64,000 bases of DNA from a virus (IMGVR_UViG_3300030330_005600:1-64000), one strand, 5' to 3'. Counted from the stretch's first letter, positions 35,163 to 44,962 are shown. The notes: generated by a model not told the origin, from the letters alone. Made by a program: numbers and translations.

Positions 35163-37528
35163 GACGAAACGTCATTATTTTTTTCAATTGTGATAATTTT
35201 GTCACCCCAATCTTGTGTAATAGGGTTATGTGTTATCAGTAAAATTACCTCATACATCTTTTTTATTTTATCAAAAAATATTTTAACATATTCTAAATTT
35301 ATATTAGCAACTTTACCTAATACTTCATCAAATACTATAACATTGGGTTTTGGTAGTGTTGATATTCTACCTAAAACACACCTAAGTGCTAAAGATGCTA
35401 AAGTTGTTTCTAAACCAGATCCAGATTTTAACTTTTTAGTAACGTCTTTTTTAACTATATTAAAGTCTACTTCATTTTTATCATTAATCTCTAACTGTAT
35501 TTGAAAATCACATACTTCATCTAATAATCTGTCTAATTCGTAATTTATTATAGGTATTACTGAAGATAATACTAATTTGGATATACCATTTTTACCTATC
35601 ATCCTATTATAAATCTCAAATATTTTTAATACTTCTTCTTCTCTAAGAATCTGTTTTATCATTTTTTGATTTTCGATATTAGTTGTTTTTTTACTTTTAT
35701 TATCATTCTTTAAATCTTGTATTTCATTCCTAATTACGTCTCTCTTATTATTTAATTTTATTAATAGTTGATTATAACCTAATATCTTACTTTCTAAATT
35801 TCTATTTTTTTCTATATAGTCAATATTACGTTCATAATTCTTTTGTAGGTTCATTTTTTCTTTTAAGTCAACCCTTAAACTTTCAATTTCTACTTCTAAT
35901 CTATCTCTACTTAATTCCAACTTATCTTTTTGATCAGAAATACTTTTTAGATTAGTTTGTTTATCTAAAGATTTAAGTGTAACACCTAAATCCTTTCTTA
36001 ATTCTTTTATTGTATCTTTTATGATTTTTAAATTTTTCTTTTCTTCTTTTATTTCATTACTATGATCGACATCATCTAATGCTCTTTTACATGTAGGACA
36101 TATTTCACCCTCCTCTAAATTTTTAATTAATAATTCTTTTCTCTCTTTTTTACTTTCTTCTTTACTCTCTTTCAATAATAAATCTTTTTCTTCTATTCTT
36201 AAGTCTTCATGAATATCTTCATCATACTCAACCTTACCTATTTTATCAATATCTTTTATAATATTATCTAAAGATTTTTTCTTAGTTATACCCTCTTCAG
36301 TTAATGTATCTATTTCATCTTTTAATGTCTTAGGGTTAACATTACTCACTTCTTCATCTATCACATATTTTTCTGACAATAAAACTTCTTTCTTAGAATT
36401 AGCTTCAGAAATTTCACCATCAATATTTTCTAATTTATTATTATTTTCTTTTATAGAGTTTTTATTTTCTTTTATTTTTTCTATATTATCTTCTATCTCA
36501 AACTCTAATTCTTTAGTGTTATAAACGTTGGACTTCATTTTACTTTTAAAGTCAGACATTAACCCTTTATTAATTTCTTCTTTTTTCTCAATAATTTCTA
36601 AACCTATAAATTTAGTTAATAATCTACCTCTTTGTGTTGGTTTAGTTTCTAATAAATCTTCTAAATTCTTTGCAGTTGCAACTATAGTTAACATAAAGTC
36701 ATCGTAAGTACCAATAGTCTCAGTGATGAGTTTATCAGTCTCTCTACGTTGCTCGCCTTCTAAATTTTCATGACTACCATCCGAAAGTACTCTAAAAAAA
36801 TTTAATTCAGAAGAAGTTTTGTAATTACCTGTTTTGGTTTTTTTCCTAAATAATTTTCTTTCAATTATATATTCTTCACCATCTATATTAATTTCACCAC
36901 TAACCATTACTTCATCTTTATCCGTAAAAGTATTAAATATTTCTGATGCAGTATCAGTTTTAGTGGTTTTACCAAAGAATAAAAATAATAACGAGTCTAT
37001 ACTGAATATTGTTTTACCTCCTTGATTTGCAGGTAAAGAATTAACAATAGTCAACCCCTTTAAATTATTATAATCTACTACATTATTATCCCCAAACGAT
37101 AAAAAGTTTTCAATTTTTAATTTATTAATACTCCATCTTCTATATCTAATATCTTCTTCACCTAAATTAACTAATACATCATTAACTTTATCATCCAACC
37201 TACATAATCTATCAAAATCAATATCAACCCCATTAATATCAATCCATTGAGAAAATAGTTTTCTTTGATATGCGGTGTCCATTATATTATCTATTAAACC
37301 ATCTGTAATATCAACTACTTTACCTACACTATTCTTCAATATAGGAATAAAATTAATTTTAATAGATGTTTTAGTAATTCCGTATTTATCTGAAAAATAA
37401 GTTTTTACTCTATTTATGGTTTCTATTGTCCTATTTTCCGGATAATCTTGCCAATCCACTCTAATTTGTGCATTTTTAGGTACTTCTACTATTTTTTTTG
37501 TTCTTACCACTTCTGTTTGGTTTTCCAT
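35147..37528 (-). CDS. SbcC/Rad50/gp46-like SMC ATPase (start ATG 37528)
   Basis: IENFLSFG, NQGGKT, CPTC zinc hook, SGSGLE, VFDE, LITH. Confidence 0.93.
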   Translation of the reverse strand: MENQTEVVRTKKIVEVPKNAQIRVDWQDYPENRTIETINRVKTYFSDKYGITKTSIKINFIPILKNSVGKVVDITDGLIDNIMDTAYQRKLFSQWIDINGVDIDFDRLCRLDDKVNDVLVNLGEEDIRYRRWSINKLKIENFLSFGDNNVVDYNNLKGLTIVNSLPANQGGKTIFSIDSLLFLFFGKTTKTDTASEIFNTFTDKDEVMVSGEINIDGEEYIIERKLFRKKTKTGNYKTSSELNFFRVLSDGSHENLEGEQRRETDKLITETIGTYDDFMLTIVATAKNLEDLLETKPTQRGRLLTKFIGLEIIEKKEEINKGLMSDFKSKMKSNVYNTKELEFEIEDNIEKIKENKNSIKENNNKLENIDGEISEANSKKEVLLSEKYVIDEEVSNVNPKTLKDEIDTLTEEGITKKKSLDNIIKDIDKIGKVEYDEDIHEDLRIEEKDLLLKESKEESKKERKELLIKNLEEGEICPTCKRALDDVDHSNEIKEEKKNLKIIKDTIKELRKDLGVTLKSLDKQTNLKSISDQKDKLELSRDRLEVEIESLRVDLKEKMNLQKNYERNIDYIEKNRNLESKILGYNQLLIKLNNKRDVIRNEIQDLKNDNKSKKTTNIENQKMIKQILREEEVLKIFEIYNRMIGKNGISKLVLSSVIPIINYELDRLLDEVCDFQIQLEINDKNEVDFNIVKKDVTKKLKSGSGLETTLASLALRCVLGRISTLPKPNVIVFDEVLGKVANINLEYVKIFFDKIKKMYEVILLITHNPITQDWGDKIITIEKNNDVSSLQIK

Positions 37529-37532
37529 ATTA

Positions 37533-38192
37533 TTATTTTTTATCTTTAAGGTTGGATCCCCAATGTCCACCTCTATTCCATTCTTCATCATAGATATCCC
37601 TAAAAGGTCTACCTTTTTCTGATGAACCATTATTCTTAAGATTAGTGTTCTCTTTTTCTAATTCCACTATTTTATCTTTTAGTTTTTTAAGTTCAGTATT
37701 TTTATTTTTAATATTTTTTTCTAATTTTTTAACTTCATTATCTTTTTGCATCCACTCACTATTTTTGATGTTGTATTCTTGTTCCTTAATTTTAACTTTA
37801 TTTTTAATATCTATATATTTTTGAGTGTCTTCTATTAATTTACCTTTTAGCGATTCTATCTGTTCTACTAAATCTGTTATCTTTTTGTCATCACTAACAT
37901 ATACTTCTTTTTCTACTACGATTTCTTTTATTACTTCTTTTTCTACCGGTACTTCTTTTATTACTTCTTTTACAACCTCTACTGGTATTTCTTTTTCTAT
38001 AACAATTTCTTTAATTGTTTCAACAGGAACTTCTTTTTCTACGACAATTTCTTGCACAAATGGTGCATTCCCATATTTTTCAACGTTAAACCCTACTTTT
38101 ATATTTTCTACTATAAAAGTTTCAATATCTTTAATATCGTTAATTCTACAATATTCTTCAATCTCTGACTTTATTTGTTTGGGTATTTTCAT
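37533..38192 (-). CDS. Protein with VEKEVPVE/KEVI repeats and coiled coil
   Basis: Low-complexity V/E/K/I repeats; lies between sbcD and sbcC. Confidence 0.75.
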   Translation of the reverse strand: MKIPKQIKSEIEEYCRINDIKDIETFIVENIKVGFNVEKYGNAPFVQEIVVEKEVPVETIKEIVIEKEIPVEVVKEVIKEVPVEKEVIKEIVVEKEVYVSDDKKITDLVEQIESLKGKLIEDTQKYIDIKNKVKIKEQEYNIKNSEWMQKDNEVKKLEKNIKNKNTELKKLKDKIVELEKENTNLKNNGSSEKGRPFRDIYDEEWNRGGHWGSNLKDKK

Positions 38193-39010
38193 TAAGAATT
38201 TGTTAAATACTCTTTACCAATATCTATATCATCTAAAGAATTTATTTTAAAAACGTAATAGCCATACTCAGTATCTATGTCATGTTCAGTATAATCTAAA
38301 TGTTCTACATCCCATATTAAGTAACCATGTTCAGATACCCTCTCACCAAAGTCTTGTTGAATAAAACTACCACAGTATGTTATATTTATACCTTTATGCA
38401 CAAAATTTTGTCTATGGTGTATATCACCCATAATAACTGCATCACATCCTTCAAACTGTTTTAACTCTGCAGATTCATCAAATTCAAAACCTACTGAAGT
38501 TATTGCACCATTAACTGGTGCATGAAATAAACCGATGTACTTCTTATCATTACCATATTCTTTTCTACAACTATCAATATCGGGTCTAGCGTTTTCTTCA
38601 AATATAGAATAACAACACCAAACTATATTTTCATCTAAATAACACTTACTTTCAGTCATATAGTTAACATATGGGTTATTCATTATTTCTATTATTGGTG
38701 TTAGTGAATCTAATCTATCTTTATTATTTTCTAACAGATCGTGATTACCTGCAATTAAAACCACAGGACATAACTCACTACATTTATTAAGAAACCAAGA
38801 AACTAACATTGTTAACTCATTTGATATAGTAATCTTTTGGTGTACTATATCTCCCGCAATTACTATTCTACATTCTTCAAAAGATAAGTTGTTATCTTCT
38901 ATATAAAATTTAACTTCATTGAGGAATTTATTACAGACTTCTTTACATTCATTATGTCTATTATAAGTTCTAAAATGTAAATCTGCAATGTGAAATAATT
39001 TTTTTATCAT
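38192..39010 (-). CDS. SbcD/Mre11/gp47-like metallophosphoesterase nuclease
   Basis: HIADLH, AGDI, AGNHD, FHAP, GDIH, Y.GS..QQ.FGE. Confidence 0.92.
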   Translation of the reverse strand: MIKKLFHIADLHFRTYNRHNECKEVCNKFLNEVKFYIEDNNLSFEECRIVIAGDIVHQKITISNELTMLVSWFLNKCSELCPVVLIAGNHDLLENNKDRLDSLTPIIEIMNNPYVNYMTESKCYLDENIVWCCYSIFEENARPDIDSCRKEYGNDKKYIGLFHAPVNGAITSVGFEFDESAELKQFEGCDAVIMGDIHHRQNFVHKGINITYCGSFIQQDFGERVSEHGYLIWDVEHLDYTEHDIDTEYGYYVFKINSLDDIDIGKEYLTNS

Positions 39011-39050
39011 ACCTTAAATATAATGATTTTTTATTAAAAAGACAACGCGA

Positions 39051-39947
39051 TTAGGCAGGAATTAGAGTAGTTAACATATTATCTACATGTTCACTATAGT
39101 CTGCACATTTGATAACTTTATAATTTGGGTTGTCTTCATTAAACCAAACTAAGTTGCAGTTACCCACCTTTAGGTTAGTATTTTTTTCAATTATTTTTTT
39201 ATAGATATTAAGTTGTAATGAATATGTATTAAATTCACATTTATCTAACATCCATAAACACTCCTTCATTTTATTACCATAATCATCCTTCATATTTAGA
39301 CGAGTATTAGTCTTCCAATCCCATATCTCTAAAGTACCATATCTTTCATTCCAAAACAACTGATCCACCATACCACATAACATATAATCTTTATCACCAA
39401 CCACTAACTCTGATTTAATCGGTACTAACTTACCTTTAGCTACTGTATCATTGTAAAAGTTATGGAAATATCCTTCCATAATCTTATATGTTTCTTCTAT
39501 CTCACTAAAATCCAATCCTTCAGGACTTTTAGTAGGGTAAGGCATTATTTTATTATTTAGATAATTCTCAATATAATCGTGAAGTGTTGTACCCTCAAAA
39601 GTAGCATGATTGTTTTTATACTTCCATAACTTTTTGATGTCTTCTTCACTTGTACATTCCTCTGATGGTTTTGGTTTAGAGTAATCGGGTCTATCATACG
39701 GATCACCTTCCATAGGGTAAAAGTTTTGTTTATGTGCGTATTTGTCCGCCATACTTTTCGCCTTATAAAAATGTCCTTGTTTTTCCGCCCATTTATCTGG
39801 TTTGTCTACATTAGACTCAAAATCTTCTTCAAACTTATGAATGAAACCAGTACAAGATATTGTTTTCTCTCCATCAATATAATACGTATGAGGTTCATCA
39901 TAGTATTTTATATTGTTAAAGACTGATAATTCTTTAATAATCTCCAT
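39051..39947 (-). CDS. PD-(D/E)xK exonuclease (Cas4/RecB-like); start ATG 39947
   Basis: H.YY, GT.LH.Y.E, SE, GMVD, DWKTN, YSLQL..Y. Confidence 0.85.
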   Translation of the reverse strand: MEIIKELSVFNNIKYYDEPHTYYIDGEKTISCTGFIHKFEEDFESNVDKPDKWAEKQGHFYKAKSMADKYAHKQNFYPMEGDPYDRPDYSKPKPSEECTSEEDIKKLWKYKNNHATFEGTTLHDYIENYLNNKIMPYPTKSPEGLDFSEIEETYKIMEGYFHNFYNDTVAKGKLVPIKSELVVGDKDYMLCGMVDQLFWNERYGTLEIWDWKTNTRLNMKDDYGNKMKECLWMLDKCEFNTYSLQLNIYKKIIEKNTNLKVGNCNLVWFNEDNPNYKVIKCADYSEHVDNMLTTLIPA

Positions 39948-39967
39948 TTTTTGTATATTTATTATTA

Positions 39968-39999
39968 CAAAGATAATCATTTATTTTTAAAAAAACAAA
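39968..39999 (-). promoter_or_regulatory. Consensus Bacteroidota promoter
   Basis: TTTG-N20-TATCTTTG. Confidence 0.7.
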
Positions 40000-41279
40000 T
40001 GAAATTAAAAGACATTATAAGAAATACTACTGATACACAACCGTTCAATAATTTTGAGGTTGCAGTGTTAAGAGAAATATATAGAACTTTAGGAAGTAAA
40101 ATAAATAATAATAAAAAAACTGATATTAACCTTTTAATGGATTCTAATATAATAGGTAACTTAGCATTAGATAAGGATATGCTTATGTATTTTTATGCTT
40201 TATATAAAAATAATTTATTCAATGTTTTAAATAAAAATGGTGATTTTGCTTCTATAGAAGAAGTAGTTGTACCACAAATGAAAGAGTATCAAATTAAATT
40301 TTATCAAAACGTAAATTCTTGGAGAGAAATCAAAAATACTGTCGTGTCAGATGATGAGCATTCCGCATTAGACGCAATGGATTGGGAATATGATTATGGT
40401 GATGTAGTGAATCCAGAATTAACAACTCACATAGATGATGAAATACATCAAGGAGATTATGATGAGGTTTTTGATACAGATGCAGATGTATTACGAACTT
40501 TAAATGAAAGTATTAGTAAAAGAAAAATTATTATTACTGAAAGTCAATTATCTAAAATAGAGGAGGATTTAAAGTATTGGAGTGTAAGTGATGCAAACCC
40601 AAACAAAAACAAATATGAAATGGGTGTGGAGTTAGAAGAAGAGGTAACTAGTATTCCAATATATAAAGATAATAATCCCCACAAAAGAATATATGAAAAA
40701 ATGAGGAGAGAATTTCCTGACACACCAGAATATGTTTTACAAGATTATTATAGAAATATTATCCTAATGAGAGCACCTGGTCATCGTCCAGCGATGAAAG
40801 ATATATTAAACACATATAATGGTGATCCAATACCTTATATTAAGGGTGATGGAAATGGGTGGTGGTATAACTATTTAAAAGGTCCGTGGAAGTTACAAGT
40901 TTTAAATGTAACCCCAATGGATTTTGATAAACGTACAGTAAGAGCGTTTGAACAAAGGGACTTCGGTAATATAAATGCATACAACGTACCCAAAGATGAA
41001 GAACGAATGGACACTCAAATGAGTATGAGAAGAGATGATGGAATGAACGAACCAGTTATTATTCTACAAAATCCTGATGGTACTTATCAATTAATAGAAG
41101 GTTGGCATAGAACAATGTCTATTTTAAAAATGGGTGATAAACCTACTGAAGATTATTATGATGAAGATAATTACAATGATGAATTGTGGGACGAAGAAAC
41201 ACCTACTGAGTTAAAAGACTGGGATAAGGTTAAACTCAGAGCATTTGTTGCACCAAATCCAGACTTTAAAGAAAAATAA
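39999..41279 (+). CDS. Protein with C-terminal ParB/Srx-like domain; start ATG 39999
   Basis: EPVII......YQLIEGWHR; internal LNE...KIIITESQL..IEE. Confidence 0.7.
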   Translation: MKLKDIIRNTTDTQPFNNFEVAVLREIYRTLGSKINNNKKTDINLLMDSNIIGNLALDKDMLMYFYALYKNNLFNVLNKNGDFASIEEVVVPQMKEYQIKFYQNVNSWREIKNTVVSDDEHSALDAMDWEYDYGDVVNPELTTHIDDEIHQGDYDEVFDTDADVLRTLNESISKRKIIITESQLSKIEEDLKYWSVSDANPNKNKYEMGVELEEEVTSIPIYKDNNPHKRIYEKMRREFPDTPEYVLQDYYRNIILMRAPGHRPAMKDILNTYNGDPIPYIKGDGNGWWYNYLKGPWKLQVLNVTPMDFDKRTVRAFEQRDFGNINAYNVPKDEERMDTQMSMRRDDGMNEPVIILQNPDGTYQLIEGWHRTMSILKMGDKPTEDYYDEDNYNDELWDEETPTELKDWDKVKLRAFVAPNPDFKEK

Positions 41280-41280
41280 T

Positions 41281-41460
41281 TTATTTATAAATTACATCTA
41301 AATATAGGTCTATATATGAATATACTTCATTAGGGTAATTACTTTTCATTCTTTTTGCCCAATCATATGCCCATCTATGTGCATTATTCTTTTGTTTTTG
41401 TGTTTGACAATTTTTTACAACTTTATTAACATAATTAAACTGTTCTCTTAAATTTAACAT
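41281..41460 (-). CDS. Small hypothetical protein (59 aa), not in the ORF track
   Basis: Hand translation MLNLREQFNYVNKVVKNCQTQKQKNNAHRWAYDWAKRMKSNYPNEVYSYIDLYLDVIYK*. Confidence 0.6.
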   Translation of the reverse strand: MLNLREQFNYVNKVVKNCQTQKQKNNAHRWAYDWAKRMKSNYPNEVYSYIDLYLDVIYK

Positions 41461-41466
41461 ATTTTA

Positions 41467-41619
41467 TTATTTAAAAATTATAGTATATAATATTGAATGT
41501 ATCCCTTTTAAATGAACGGGATCTATTAACAATCTAATTTTCTTCATTAGTCTATACCTTTTTATTAATCTAAACTTATTAGTTGTGTGATATTCCTCTA
41601 TTATGTTTTGTAATTCCAT
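41467..41619 (-). CDS. Small hypothetical protein (50 aa), not in the ORF track
   Basis: Hand translation MELQNIIEEYHTTNKFRLIKRYRLMKKIRLLIDPVHLKGIHSILYTIIFK*; TTTG-N20-TATTTTTA just upstream. Confidence 0.5.
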   Translation of the reverse strand: MELQNIIEEYHTTNKFRLIKRYRLMKKIRLLIDPVHLKGIHSILYTIIFK

Positions 41620-41642
41620 ATTGTAAAAATAAAAAAAATATT

Positions 41643-42029
41643 TTAATTCACCAAATGTTTTTTAAAATTTTTTAAATACATTTCGATGTTTTTCTTACCT
41701 ACAGGATTTGCAGAGTGCACTAAATAAAGTGGTATATCTTTACCATTATCTAAACAATACTCACATAACCACCTACAAGCGTCATATCCTGTTTTTTCTT
41801 TAAGACTACCATAATTTACGTCACCCTTTTGATTTTCTGGTAAATATGCATCATACGAGAGATCATGATCGAAAGATATGTGAGTTGGTAAACCAAATTT
41901 ATTAATTGCGGAGATAAACTGATAATAATCTCTTACTATAACCCAATCGTTATCACTTTCATATAATGGATTAACTGTTAGTTTAAATACATCATATGGG
42001 TTTCTAATATCATCTAAAAATATTTTCAT
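41643..42029 (-). CDS. Cyclic-phosphate-processing receiver domain protein
   Basis: IFLDD.R.P, W..VR.Y, ISFDHDL, KTGYD...WL, HSANPVG. Confidence 0.85.
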   Translation of the reverse strand: MKIFLDDIRNPYDVFKLTVNPLYESDNDWVIVRDYYQFISAINKFGLPTHISFDHDLSYDAYLPENQKGDVNYGSLKEKTGYDACRWLCEYCLDNGKDIPLYLVHSANPVGKKNIEMYLKNFKKHLVN

Positions 42030-42973
42030 AATAAACTTTCTTTTATACGTTTTGCAGTAGTAATTAATTTAATTACACCCTTACTACCTAATTTTTGGTG
42101 TACGTCTGATAAATCAAATCTTTTAGGCATATATACCATTAATACCCTACCGTTCAATTTAGTACTATCTAATTTTTTATAAAGATTAATTGCGTCCTTT
42201 TCTGCATCATTATCTAAAACGATTATAACTTTAGCGGATGCATTATCTATTAATTTTTTAAATAATAAATCATTTAATACTTTACCCAACATAGGAATAC
42301 TGTTTGGTAATGTGATATGATCGAACACACCTTCTACTAAATAAATGTTAGAATCCCAATTAATTTTTCCTTCATTAAATATAATATCCATTTTAGATAC
42401 TTCAGGATTTTTATATTTTAATTTACTATATTTATCAAAACTCCTACCTAAAAAGTAATTCACATTTCCGTTGTCATCATAAGATGGAAATATTATCCTA
42501 CCTCTATAATCACCAATATTTGCATAACCCAAATTATATTTTTCTATTAAATCTAAATGAATATTTCTTTTATTAAGATATTGTAATGCCTGTTTATAAC
42601 CACTATCATTTCTTTCAATAGTAAAAGGTGTAAACTCTTTAGGTAACCCATTTATAACTTTTTTTTCTTTTTCTACAACAATTCTTTTATTGTCAGGAAT
42701 AATTAAATCGTATTGTTTTAAATGAGTTCTATTACCGTAAGATCTAATTAATCTATTTATTGTACCATGAGTACCGTGTGTTTCAGAGCAAGCCCAACAT
42801 TTATATACATGATGATTATAATTAACTTCTAAATTACCTTTACCGTCACCACAATCTAAACCTTTAAGTGTTGAGCACACAGGACAGTCAAAAGATATTT
42901 GACATTTACTTTCATAATGTTTTTTTGGTTTACCTAATACATCTTCTAAAATTTCTACTATGAGATCTGACAT
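42026..42973 (-). CDS. DNA primase (Zn finger + TOPRIM)
   Basis: CPVC...CWAC, RIIFP, GR, KYKNP, LVEG.FD, LD.DA, D.SD. Confidence 0.9.
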   Translation of the reverse strand: MSDLIVEILEDVLGKPKKHYESKCQISFDCPVCSTLKGLDCGDGKGNLEVNYNHHVYKCWACSETHGTHGTINRLIRSYGNRTHLKQYDLIIPDNKRIVVEKEKKVINGLPKEFTPFTIERNDSGYKQALQYLNKRNIHLDLIEKYNLGYANIGDYRGRIIFPSYDDNGNVNYFLGRSFDKYSKLKYKNPEVSKMDIIFNEGKINWDSNIYLVEGVFDHITLPNSIPMLGKVLNDLLFKKLIDNASAKVIIVLDNDAEKDAINLYKKLDSTKLNGRVLMVYMPKRFDLSDVHQKLGSKGVIKLITTAKRIKESLL

Positions 42974-42977
42974 ATTA

Positions 42978-43009
42978 CAAATATAGTAAATTTATTTTAA
43001 TATACCAAA
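42978..43009 (-). promoter_or_regulatory. Consensus Bacteroidota promoter (near-leaderless primase mRNA)
   Basis: TTTG-N20-TATATTTG ending 4 nt before the ATG. Confidence 0.7.
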
Positions 43010-43642
43010 TTACTTCCAATCACCACATTTTCTCATACCACCTAACACACAAGCGTATGCATCAGTCATATCATAATTTTCTTTTGTTAGTTTGTTGTGT
43101 TTATCATACATCCATACAATTTGTGGTTCTCTTTCACTTACTTTTTGATGTATAATCACTTTTTTATCTATATCATACGGTAATCCCCCAAAAAGAACTG
43201 GATTCTTTTTTGAAATTTCATTGTCTGTGTATCTTTCTCCTGATTTTTTAAACATTCTTATTGACATTAAATCAGGAAATGCGAATTTTCTAGCATCGTA
43301 AGACGAAACGAATTCAGGTACAATATTTAAAACTTCATAAACTGATCTACATATCATACCATTAAACCTTAGTAAAGTCCCTACAGTATTAACATTATTA
43401 GAACGTAACAAAGGTTCTTCAATAAAAACCCTATCAATATCAATATCACTATATTTTTCTAAAAAATCACTTTCAAAAATCTGAGATTTTTTCATTAATA
43501 ATTCAATATTATCTTTTGGTTTGGGTTTAACTTTTGGTGTGATATGTGTAAGTAATTGTAACTTCCCACTATCACCATTATTTTCGAAAAGTGCAATTCC
43601 AATGGTTTTAGTGGACACATCTAATCCTAATATTCTACTCAT
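43010..43642 (-). CDS. RuvC-like Holliday junction resolvase
   Basis: ILGLD.ST..IG, FIEE, YD..DA. Confidence 0.82.
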   Translation of the reverse strand: MSRILGLDVSTKTIGIALFENNGDSGKLQLLTHITPKVKPKPKDNIELLMKKSQIFESDFLEKYSDIDIDRVFIEEPLLRSNNVNTVGTLLRFNGMICRSVYEVLNIVPEFVSSYDARKFAFPDLMSIRMFKKSGERYTDNEISKKNPVLFGGLPYDIDKKVIIHQKVSEREPQIVWMYDKHNKLTKENYDMTDAYACVLGGMRKCGDWK

Positions 43643-43681
43643 TTTAAAACATTTAAAAATTTTATATTTTTCAATATAAAT

Positions 43682-44962
43682 TTATACTACTATTTGTACG
43701 TTAAGTACAACAAAATCATTCTTCTTTTTAAGAACTTGTCTATCAAATTTACCCATAGCTAAAATAGTACCTGCGGGGTTAGTAATTGCAATTTCACTAA
43801 TTCTTACTGTATCATTAATTGTTATGGTTTCGTTTTCTGATCTAAAAAATTCATTTCTATCTGCAATACATAAAATATCTTGTGTTATATTATTATCTAC
43901 ACTATCTATTGAGGTGTTGAATGTACCACCAGTATAATAATACAACCCTAAAGGATTTGTTTCAGTACCTGTTTCGCTTTCGCCAATAACATCTACACCT
44001 ATATTGTTAACAATACTAGGTTCAGTTATTGCGAATAAACCTTTATCTAAATAAACAACCCCTACTACTCTATCTGCAACTATTCCTGTGGAAACAACAG
44101 AATTAACATTAATCAATTCTTTACCATTTAGTGAAAATGGTTTTAAAGTTTCAAAACCTGTTGACCAACTTTTATTTGGGTTATTATTGGGTCTCTGAAT
44201 ATCATCACATACTAGATAAGCTACTTTTTCATTAGAACCAAATAAAGATTCTGGTAAACTACTATTATCTTTATATGAACCATCTAGTGTAGCCCTATTA
44301 AAGGTAGTATTAGGGAAAGTACTATACAACTCATATGTGGTAGTGGCAGAAACTGCACCATCAGGTGTAAATGCCGTACCAACTGGTATTGTAATTTTTA
44401 CATTTTTACCATCAATAATGTCACCATATTTATCATTGTCTAAAACACCTAATAAAACATTAGTTTCACCTAAACCACTGAATGCAGTATCGGACCAACC
44501 ACCGTTAGTAGACGTAGTTGTAGTAAATGTATCAATTCTAGTACTTAAAATGGGTAAACATAAACTTTTAAAATAGTTAGTAAAAGGACTACTATAATCG
44601 TTTTTATTCAAACTTACATAAGTTAAACTATCCCCACTTACAACATTTTCATTTAATTCTTCAGACACCATTCTCAAAATACTAGAATTTGGTTCTACTT
44701 CTTTAATAGTTTGTGTTGTATTACCAACAAATAATTTACTATTAATTGTAGTATTTGAAGTATTATTTTGTCCTCCTAAATTACCACTTTGAGTTGGTAT
44801 TAGTCCAGTTGTAAGTAAATCACTAGTTCTATAATTAGCATCTGAATCACCTAACATAAAATAAGAAAATATTGTATTACTATTTTTTATTAAACTCTCC
44901 CTACCTTGTGTAGTAAGTTTTGCTGATACAGTTATCGTAGTTGCAGTATTTAAAAATCCCAT
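43682..44962 (-). CDS. Virion structural protein (baseplate/tail-collar-like)
   Basis: AKLT..GR...F.LGDSD.NY N-terminus; ISE.AI....G...A.GK C-terminus; paralog of the next gene. Confidence 0.65.
   Translation of the reverse strand: MGFLNTATTITVSAKLTTQGRESLIKNSNTIFSYFMLGDSDANYRTSDLLTTGLIPTQSGNLGGQNNTSNTTINSKLFVGNTTQTIKEVEPNSSILRMVSEELNENVVSGDSLTYVSLNKNDYSSPFTNYFKSLCLPILSTRIDTFTTTTSTNGGWSDTAFSGLGETNVLLGVLDNDKYGDIIDGKNVKITIPVGTAFTPDGAVSATTTYELYSTFPNTTFNRATLDGSYKDNSSLPESLFGSNEKVAYLVCDDIQRPNNNPNKSWSTGFETLKPFSLNGKELINVNSVVSTGIVADRVVGVVYLDKGLFAITEPSIVNNIGVDVIGESETGTETNPLGLYYYTGGTFNTSIDSVDNNITQDILCIADRNEFFRSENETITINDTVRISEIAITNPAGTILAMGKFDRQVLKKKNDFVVLNVQIVV

Noticed and set aside
39051-39947. Cas4 as evidence of CRISPR-Cas
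   Set aside because: No four-Cys Fe-S pattern evident, no array or cas1/cas2; stand-alone phage exonuclease next to SbcCD
43010-43642. TnpB/Cas12-type RuvC effector
   Set aside because: Only 210 aa, no Zn ribbon or REC region, located next to primase; fits a resolvase
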